From assembly GCA_050613775.1 (NCBI GenBank), contig JBODTK010000100.1, forward strand, positions 558,001 through 611,836: a DNA stretch of 53,836 nucleotides. The letters are read 5' to 3'. A model generated the notes under the pieces. It saw only the letters and a list, made by a program, of their open reading frames with translations. It searched no databases and was not told where the DNA came from. The translations under genes and the position numbers were made by a program. Numbering within the stretch: position 1 is the stretch's first letter; the number at the start of each line of letters is the position of its first letter. This document shows positions 12,031-20,541 of the stretch, piece by piece. Source of the stretch: Neocallimastix sp. 'constans'. Its lineage: Eukaryota.

Positions 12031-14067
12031 CAGGGAAGAGAATACACTTCCAAAACTTTATTAAATTTTATTTTAAAAAATACATGTAGGTGAAAAGTAC
12101 ATTAGAAATTAAAAATAAAAAATTAAAAAATAAAAAATAAAAAATAAAAAAGCTCGAAAATACTATGTATTTCGGCAAGTTGTACTATACGGGAATTTTA
12201 CCCTTCCTATCAAATAAAAAAGAAATAAAACCTAGAAGTAACATCCTTAAAATAGATAGTGTGGTGTCCACTAAACTCTCCCCGGATTCATCATTTATTG
12301 AGCTACTAAGGCGAGAATCACCCTTCGTAGTAATAGATGATAATCCTGTATTTTCATTATGCCTTATCAGTACGACGTCGACGCTCTTGGTTAAGTTTGA
12401 TATTTTGCAATACCTATCAAATAATAGCTCAAACGAACTACTTATGATAGGTATTGCATATGTTAAGAATTCCGCCATGCCCACAATTTTTGGAACAGGT
12501 GACTCAGATGAACCTTTGAAAAGTAGTTCATTTAATTGTCTCTGTTCCCCACTATCGAAATGTAGTTCATTTAAAACTAAAGTCCCACCAAGAAGGAACA
12601 AGTATATATAATGATTGATATAATCTTCAAAATTAGAAATAGAGTCATAGGAAGAAAGAGGATTAAACGCTCTAATCTTCCTAAGGAATAAAACATAGAG
12701 ATCATCGATGAAATTTAAAGAATTCCATCTAAAAGATGCAAGAGCATCGCATTTAAAAATCCAATGTTCAAAAGATTGTTTATCTTCGCCACAACAGGGG
12801 CAAGACTTGGGACAATCTTCTGAAACTCTACCCATTCTAATAGCAATAGTAGTATTGTATTTATAACCACAGCGTAAACGAATAATCCACGAAAACCCTA
12901 AGTTGAATTGGGGATATTTTAAACTAAGCATAATTATAGCTTTATTGTTTGAGAACTTATTACAATCGTAATTTTGACCTTTAATACCTTGAAATTTGGC
13001 AACTGATTTCCAGTAACGTTCTAAAATATCGTCATATTTTTCACATTTATATTTTTTGATTTTTTTATACAGTGTTCTAGATTCTTTAGTCCAGGAATAA
13101 TGATGCATTTTGGGAATAGATTTAATAAGATCCTTTATAATACAGTTTGATTTACTCCATTTTGCAAATGATTTAATCTGTAAGGCTGCGCAGACACCAG
13201 CAATAGGAGGAATGCTTAGATCTCGAGATAAAGCATAAGTACTCATAGTAGAATTATGTCTAATATAGTCATTGTCTTCTGAACTTGTTTTACCATTTTT
13301 AGAGAAGGAGCCGATACACCAAAATAGACCAGTATTAATTAATGTTTGAATTCTGGCCGTTCTGGATTTGTTTGAACCAAGTAAAGGAGAATAATAAATT
13401 ACTTTACTAATAACAAAGGATTGAAGAACTTTTTTCTTGTATGCAATAGGGATAAGTTTATTTGAGAAGAAATGTGTAAATGAAAGAAGGGATTTTCTAA
13501 CTTTAAAATGCATGTGAGATATAATGTGTTCTAGTAGGAGATCATCTGAAAAAGGAATACCAAGATAGACATAACTAGAAACTTTAGGAATATCATTCTT
13601 TCCTAAATAGAAGGTTGGATCACTATAGTTTGGAGGAGATTGGAAGTTCATTGGTTTTATAACCATAGTTGCACATTTTTCAATACCAAAAGTCATTTCA
13701 TTTAAATTAGCCCATCTATATACCTTTTTTAGTAATTTTTCTAAATTTTTTGCACTTGGAGCAATGAGAACAACATCATCAGCAAAGAGTCCACCACAAC
13801 ACTTTTTTCTTCCAATATTAACACCATACTTTTCACAGTCATTTAATATATCATTGATGAATAAATTGAATAAAATTGGAGATAATGGACAACCTTGACG
13901 AACACCTCTTTTAATAGGAAATTCATTTGATAACATTGAAGCAAATCGAGCACGAGCTTTAGATGAAGTATATAAATTACAAAGAAAATCAAAACATTTA
14001 CCACGTACGCCATAATGATATAATTTAGTAAGAATGTTAAAAATAGGAACTGAATCATAAGCTTTTT

Positions 14068-14073
<6 letters not shown>
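11999..14073 (-). mobile_element. Family-A LINE copy A2, 5'-truncated at the DLKKAYDS motif, with intact C-terminus, 3' UTR and poly(A)
   Basis: ORF 12185-13936 is near-identical to A1. Poly(T) at 11999-12027. AATAAA on the minus strand 29 nt before the tail. Confidence 0.95.
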
Positions 14074-14112
<39 letters not shown>

Positions 14113-14345
14113 GGCAGCAAACTTGTTTCATCTTTATTAATTAAATATTTGATAAAATACATGTAATAAAATAATAAAAAAAAAAAAAGATAAAAAAATA
14201 AACAAAAAATAAAACACAAAATAAAAATAAAATAATGGTATAATATATTCTAGTTTCATTTAATTAATATTTGTAAGACTTCACAAGGGCATTATTATAC
14301 TGAAGTATAATAATTAACTTTGACTTCGCAATGTTAATCATAATT

Positions 14346-17300
14346 TTAAGATACAAAATTATGATCTTCATTGGTTGCGCTAGCCCTGCTGGCCTGTCTT
14401 ACTGTTTCTTCAGCATTGACGCTCTTGGTAGTAGTAGTACGATTCGATTTGAACCTATTGAACAAAGACCATTGCTGGCCAATAGCAATAGGTATAATCG
14501 ATTGGAGAAGTGCCGCAGTAACCACTAAGAACGGAGTATCAGAATAAGCACCTGATTTCATCTGGCACTTAAATAGATCCTTCCATTCCCTTGTACTGTT
14601 ATTAATACTTCGACCTCCAAGAAGGAAATTAAACACTTTTTCACACACACTAGAATCAATATACACATTATTTTCAATACTATTACTAACATTACTAAAA
14701 ATACTATTACTAATATTATTATTACTATTATAACTATTACTATTATTACTATTACTATTATCATTATTACTATTAACAATATCATTTGTTAGGTTGCCAC
14801 GGTAAAAAGCATTATATAAAAATAAAATTTTATCATTAACTTTACTACGAGTATGATTGAAAAAGGGACAATCAATTAACCAATGACTTATCCATTGTTT
14901 ATTACTTTTACAACAGGGACAAAAATTAGGACACATTTGGTCCACTATTTTTGCAGCTTTAGCAATTCTAGCATCTAATCTATATCCGCTTCGTGCTCTC
15001 AATAGCCAATAGAAACCATATGAAAGATCAGGATAGTCATAACAAAGTTTTATAAATTTTGATGTTTCTTCGAATTTGTTTTTGTCATAAAACTCAGCTT
15101 TAATAGAATTGATTTTCATATCTCTTTTCCAATAAAAATCCTTGATTTTATTATCGTTATTACCTCTTTTCTCTAGTTTACGTTTAAGAGTTCTACTTTC
15201 TTTTGTCCATGTATATTTTCTAGATTTTGGAATATTATTAACTAAATAGGAAATAATACAATTTGAATTTTTCCATTTATCAAAACATTTGACCTGAGAC
15301 AAAGCACACTTAGCTGACAATGGAGGAATATGTAAATCTTTTGAAATAGAATATACATTAATAAATGATTTGGCTTTTTGTATACCTGCAATCCATCTTA
15401 ATCCTTTATTAATTAATTTCTGAGTATTATTTGTTCTCGTTTTATTCGAACCAAGTAAAGGTGCAAAGTAAGAGACTTTACTAAGTACATAAGAGTTAAT
15501 TATAATCTTCTTAAATGGAATAGGAATTTTGGAATTTGAAAGAAATTTACTAACAGAAAAGAGAGCTTTAGTTACTTTAGAGTTAAGTAATTTAATAATA
15601 GGTTTCAACGATAAGCTTTTATCAAATGGTATACCTAAATAGGTATAACATTTAGTTATTGGAATTGGTTGACCATCAAGATAAAAAGTAGGATCTCTTT
15701 TATTTTGAAAAAGAGGTGTGTCTGGTCGAATCACCATCGTTGCACACTTATTAATTCCAAAATTCATCATATTAAATTTAGCCCATTCATTTACCTTCTT
15801 AAGCATTTTTTTCAACTTAGTTCTTGACGGTGCGCATAGAACAATATCATCTGCAAAGAGTCCACCACAACATCTAGATTCGCCTAAAGGAATTCCAAGT
15901 TCTGAAACATCATTAAAAATGTCATTAATAAAAAGATTGAAAAGAATTGGTGATAGTGGACAACCTTGTCTAACTCCTTTCATAATATTAAAAGATTCCG
16001 AATATTGATCATCAATTTTAACACTAGCTTTGGATGTTAAATATAGATTTTTTATAAATTGATAACATTTACCTCTAATACCTAAAGCATCTAATTTATA
16101 TAAAATATTACCTATTGGAACAGAATCATATGCCTTTTTTAAATCTAGAAAAGCAAGGTAAGTTTCTTTATTATCATTTTTACGCCTTTGACAAATTTCT
16201 CGAATTGAAATAAATAAACTAACACATTCTTCTTTAGTACGAAATCCAAATTGCTCTGGCCTAATAAAATTATTTTTAAGTCCATATTCTGAAATTCTTT
16301 TGGAGACTATTTTCGAAATGAGTTTAATACCATTGTTAATCAGAGAGATACCTCGATAATTGTCACAATCAGATAGATCATCTCCTTTTTTAGGAATAGA
16401 TATAATACTTGCTTCATTCCATGAGCTAGGAAATTCTCCATTCCAAATTCTTGAGTACATCTTCTGTAAACAATTTAAACCAGAAGAAGAATTATTTACT
16501 GAATTTTCGTCATCCGGAGGAATTAAAGCTTTATAAAATTCAATAGGAATTCCATCCGGGCCTGAAGCTTTAAAATTTGGAGTAGCCAAAATTGCTTCTC
16601 TAATTTCTTCTATACTGATGTCTTGATTTATATCCCATTCATTGTGTCTCGTATACCTAATTGTTCCATTGGAAAATTTATTATACCATTCGATTAATGC
16701 ACTATTGATATCAGAATGGCTTGAAGCAAGTTTTTTATAGTGATTGTGCCATACTTCTAACTGTTCTTTAGTAGAAGTAGCTAGTTTACCATTTTTGTCC
16801 TTTACTGGAGAATTTGACATATTTTTAAATTTATCTACTTTTGCTGTTGTTTTAAGCCATTTCCAAGCTTTTTTAGGGTTATGAGATTTCATATATTCAC
16901 ATCCTGTATTAATCCAATGTTGGTATTCAGTTTTCCTATAAATATTACACATATGATGAATAATTTTGCACATTCTATTATATTCATCAATTAATTCTTC
17001 AAATTCATCTAAATTATGATAAGAACCTCTTCTTTTAATGGATTTATATAATTTCATTTTGAGTTTTTGCAAATTAAATATTTTCTGCGACATATGAAAA
17101 AAAGATTTTCGAACTTCTGAAATTGACGTGATATTAAGTTCCTTAGCAATATTGAATGAAGTTGAAATAAATTTCTTTGAAATATCATCAATACTAATAT
17201 TAGGATCTGGAATCACTTCCTCTAATACACTAAAATAGTTGTTGTCAAAAATTGATTCTTTTTCATTTATACATTTTAATCTATCCCATTTAACTGTCTT

Positions 17301-18827
17301 TTTAGGCAGAGAGAAAGAATTATCTGAATTAACTGATGAAAAACATTTACCTTTTATTAATAAAGGTTTATGATCCGAAATGGGGGGAAAGTCAATAAAA
17401 GTACCATATGAAAGTAAATCTAACATATGATCATTGACAATCGCATGATCTATATCAGATTCTCTATTACCTCTACTCCATGAAATTGGGGAGCCCCATA
17501 AGGGAAGAATTTTCCAATTACTAAATTTAGAGAGCAAATTACCTAATTTCTCAGTAGGTAAATTAAAATCACCAACCAACATTGAAGGATGAGAAGAGTG
17601 ACTATTTAACCAAGACAATATTTCAATTCTAGCAGCTCTAGCATGAAGGCTATGGCCACTATGAGGTACGTACACATTACCAATAGAACATTTAGTGAAA
17701 TTCCAAAAATTAAAAGTATACAAGGAAATAATATACTCATAAGTGTTGTTTTCAAGAGAGGCTTGACAAGAATTATGAAACCCAATATAAAGACCTCTTT
17801 TACCGGGAATTTCATTATTAGCTTTTTTGAAGAAATGTTTGTAGTTTTTTAATGATACTCGACATGGATATTTACTGCTAGAACCTGAACCATTTCCTGT
17901 TTCCTGAAAGCATAAGAAAAGTGGTTTGTACATTGAAATAAAGAATTCAACACTGTCTTTTTTATCAAAGTTCCATCCATTAGTATTCCAACTGACACAT
18001 AGAGAAAATTCTTTAACTGTATTATTATTAATATGAGTGTTATTAATATTATTGGAATTATTATAATTGATTGAACTGAAATTTGAATTTGAATCTGAGC
18101 TTGAAACTGAATTTAAACATAAATTTGAAATTGAACTTGAACTTGTACTTGAACTTGAACTTGAACTTGAACTTGTACTTGAACTTGTACTTGAACTTGT
18201 ACTTGAACTTGTACTTGAACTTGAACTTGAACTTGTACTTGAACTTGAACTTGAAATTGTACTTGAACTTGGACTTGAACTTGAACTTGAACCTGTACTT
18301 GAACTTGTACTTAAACTTGTACTTGAACTTGAACTTGAGCTTGTACTTGAACTTGAACATGAATCTGTATTTGAACTTGAATTTGAATTTTGACTTGAAT
18401 CTGCATTTGAATTTGAAGTAGTGAATAAGTTGATATTATAAGATGAATTCACTTTTTCTGATAAGGCAAAATGTTTCCTTTTGAGTGAAGAAAAACTGTA
18501 TTTATGATTCCTTTTGCTACAATTAATAACATTAATTGAAGCACGTTTGAAACTATTAACAATACAATCAGTAATAGATGTTAATTCTTCTTCATTACCT
18601 ACTATTTTAATTTTAAAGAATGCATCATTAAAATTAGCAATACGTTTAACTGATAAAACTTTATCATTTAATTCATTCAGAGTTTTCTTTAAATGTCTTC
18701 TCATTTTGATTTCTGGCCAAGATCGAAGTCCGCGGATAAAGAGTAGTTTCGTATTCTCCATTGGTATACCGTGGCACCTTGAACCTCTTAGAATGAAATT
18801 CTTATTTCTTATAAATTGGATTTCCAT
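14346..18827 (-). CDS. LINE polyprotein (1493 aa): N-terminal RRM-like domain, Ser-rich linker, APE endonuclease, reverse transcriptase, CCHC zinc finger
   Basis: APE motifs SWNTNG, LCFQET, NVYVP, VGDFN, IDH, SDHKP. RT motifs KASGPDGIP, NYRGISL, QFGFR, DLKKAYDSV, GVRQGCPLSP, FADD, YLG. Finger CPCCKSNKQWISHWLIDC. No stops or introns. The RRM call is tentative. Confidence 0.96.
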   Translation of the reverse strand: MEIQFIRNKNFILRGSRCHGIPMENTKLLFIRGLRSWPEIKMRRHLKKTLNELNDKVLSVKRIANFNDAFFKIKIVGNEEELTSITDCIVNSFKRASINVINCSKRNHKYSFSSLKRKHFALSEKVNSSYNINLFTTSNSNADSSQNSNSSSNTDSCSSSSTSSSSSSSTSLSTSSSTGSSSSSSPSSSTISSSSSSTSSSSSSSTSSSTSSSTSSSTSSSSSSSSSTSSSSISNLCLNSVSSSDSNSNFSSINYNNSNNINNTHINNNTVKEFSLCVSWNTNGWNFDKKDSVEFFISMYKPLFLCFQETGNGSGSSSKYPCRVSLKNYKHFFKKANNEIPGKRGLYIGFHNSCQASLENNTYEYIISLYTFNFWNFTKCSIGNVYVPHSGHSLHARAARIEILSWLNSHSSHPSMLVGDFNLPTEKLGNLLSKFSNWKILPLWGSPISWSRGNRESDIDHAIVNDHMLDLLSYGTFIDFPPISDHKPLLIKGKCFSSVNSDNSFSLPKKTVKWDRLKCINEKESIFDNNYFSVLEEVIPDPNISIDDISKKFISTSFNIAKELNITSISEVRKSFFHMSQKIFNLQKLKMKLYKSIKRRGSYHNLDEFEELIDEYNRMCKIIHHMCNIYRKTEYQHWINTGCEYMKSHNPKKAWKWLKTTAKVDKFKNMSNSPVKDKNGKLATSTKEQLEVWHNHYKKLASSHSDINSALIEWYNKFSNGTIRYTRHNEWDINQDISIEEIREAILATPNFKASGPDGIPIEFYKALIPPDDENSVNNSSSGLNCLQKMYSRIWNGEFPSSWNEASIISIPKKGDDLSDCDNYRGISLINNGIKLISKIVSKRISEYGLKNNFIRPEQFGFRTKEECVSLFISIREICQRRKNDNKETYLAFLDLKKAYDSVPIGNILYKLDALGIRGKCYQFIKNLYLTSKASVKIDDQYSESFNIMKGVRQGCPLSPILFNLFINDIFNDVSELGIPLGESRCCGGLFADDIVLCAPSRTKLKKMLKKVNEWAKFNMMNFGINKCATMVIRPDTPLFQNKRDPTFYLDGQPIPITKCYTYLGIPFDKSLSLKPIIKLLNSKVTKALFSVSKFLSNSKIPIPFKKIIINSYVLSKVSYFAPLLGSNKTRTNNTQKLINKGLRWIAGIQKAKSFINVYSISKDLHIPPLSAKCALSQVKCFDKWKNSNCIISYLVNNIPKSRKYTWTKESRTLKRKLEKRGNNDNKIKDFYWKRDMKINSIKAEFYDKNKFEETSKFIKLCYDYPDLSYGFYWLLRARSGYRLDARIAKAAKIVDQMCPNFCPCCKSNKQWISHWLIDCPFFNHTRSKVNDKILFLYNAFYRGNLTNDIVNSNNDNSNSNNSNSYNSNNNISNSIFSNVSNSIENNVYIDSSVCEKVFNFLLGGRSINNSTREWKDLFKCQMKSGAYSDTPFLVVTAALLQSIIPIAIGQQWSLFNRFKSNRTTTTKSVNAEETVRQASRASATNEDHNFVS
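18061..18420. repeat. Hexamer microsatellite (GAACTT/GTACTT)n encoding the Ser/Thr linker of the B ORF
   Basis: Directly visible; AGT-TCA / AGT-ACA codons on the minus strand. Confidence 0.95.
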
Positions 18828-19239
18828 AATAGTAATAAAAAACTAAAAATTAATAACTAAAAAAAAAATAAAAAAAAGTCAATTTTTATTATAAAGTCTT
18901 AAGTATAATGAGAATTGTAATAATTTTATATCTTTTTGGAGTAAATAATTTCGATAATTAGTAGTTTGTTGAATGATTGAAAAATAATTTGATTTAGCAC
19001 TTTTTTCAGTATATTATTTAAATTGAATATCATAAAGTATTTAATGACTAAGATTGAATTGATGAAATAAAATGGCACAAAATTAGTAAAGAGTTAAATA
19101 AATTACTACAAGATTTAGAGTGAATCAATCTCTTACAACGTGATACATGAAATATAAAGTTGAAATACAATTGAATACAATAGATTCTTACATGAGAATA
19201 GTAATACTACATGAAAATAGAAATACAATGAAAATGTAT

Positions 19240-19353
19240 TACTAATTCTTGGGTGTAACTTATTTAACAATGTTCCAAAAATGCACCATTATATTCCGCA
19301 GTGAGTGTTCACCAGAAAAATTTTACCAATAACATTACCATTGCGCATAATGT

Positions 19354-19428
<75 letters not shown>

Positions 19429-19807
19429 CAGGGAAGAGAATACACTTCCAAAACTTTATTAAATTTTATTTTAAAAAATACATGTAGGTGAAAAGTACAT
19501 TTGAAATTAAAAATAAAAAAATAAAAAATAAAAAAATAAAAAAGCTCGAAAATACTATGTATTTCGGCAAGTTGTACTATGCGGGAATTTTTCCCTTCCT
19601 ATCAAATAAAAAAGAAATAAAACCTAGAAGTAACATCTTTAAAATAGATAGTGTGGTGTCGCATAATGTTATTAATTAACACAAAATATAACTTTACTAC
19701 TATTTTGCACCAGTACTGTGGATCTACTTTATAAGAGTAAAGTTAATTCCCCTTGCAGGCGATTTAAATACATAAATCGAGTACACCCCTGCTCGGGGGA
19801 ATAATGA
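19240..19807 (-). ncRNA. Candidate structured cis-acting RNA at the 5' end of the family-B element (split by insertion A3)
   Basis: Stems AUUCCCC/GGGGAAU, GCAGG/CCUGC, CGAUUUA/UAAAUCG, AACUUUACU/AGUAAAGUU, AAUAACAUUA/UAAUGUUAUU; long-range complements GGGUGUA/UACACCC and UCCACAGU/ACUGCGGA. No RNA family recognised. Confidence 0.5.
19356..19659 (-). mobile_element. 5'-truncated family-A insertion A3 (~70-nt poly(A) + ~235 nt of 3' end) with 12-14 bp TSD
   Basis: Poly(T) 19356-19425; body matches 12028-12268. TSD CGCATAATGTTA(TT) starting at 19344 and 19660. Confidence 0.93.
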
Positions 19808-20541
19808 ATCATCAATCTAAAAGATCGACAAATTAAAGGTATTAATTAATACTATAAAAAAAAAAATAATAATAAAATAAATACATATTGTAAATATTAA
19901 AAAAAATAATAATAATAATAATAATAATAATATAAAAATAAAAATAAAATTTAAACACATTTTCAACTTCTAAAACACTAAAAAAAAAAAAAATAATAAT
20001 AAAAGATTTTTATAGATATATTTTATATATATATATATAGATTTTTATTAATTAATTATTTATTCTTTTTTTTTTTTTACATCTTTATAGATTGAATTTA
20101 TTCACTCCTCTTTATTATTTTATTACTTTATAAAATAGAATAATTATTTATTCTTTTTTTTAAAAATTTTTTAGTTTATGTTCTGTTTATATACTATTTT
20201 TTTTTTTGTTGTATTCTTTTATTTTTTTTTTTAATTGAAAGATATATATAATGTTTTAATTATAAATAATTAAATACTAAAAAAATAAATTAAAATTTTT
20301 AATATTAAAATTTATGTGGGTTATCTTTTATATGTATATATATTATAATTTTTTATCATCTTGCCCTAATATATAAAAAAAAAAAAAAAAAAAAAAAAAT
20401 GTAAAAAAAAAATATATATATACTTTTTTATTTATATATATTCTCTTTTTTTTCTTTTCTTTTTTTTTTTTTTTTTTGTATTTATTCATTTTATTTACTT
20501 AAAACTTATAAAGGGATTTTTCAAGTTAAAATAAAATTAAC

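Larger units (their letters stand above)
14074..19807 (-). mobile_element. Family-B non-LTR retrotransposon, apparently full length, single ORF, with an A-family insertion in its 5' UTR
   Basis: Poly(T) to 14109, 3' UTR with AATAAA, intact 1493-aa ORF. The 5' limit is set by the direct repeat ATCATCAATCTA (19808-19819 = 11987-11998). Confidence 0.9.

Noticed and set aside
11803..12611. Plus-strand ORFs 11803-12093 and 12165-12611
   Set aside because: Antisense shadows of LINE fragments and poly(T) tails.
18061..18421. Overlapping FKFK, LELE and LNLN ORFs
   Set aside because: Alternative frames of the stop-free hexamer repeat inside the B ORF.
19790..19830. Hammerhead-like UUGAUGA on the minus strand near the B 5' end
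   Set aside because: Not CUGAUGA, lies within the TSD, and there is no correctly placed GAAA/stem III.
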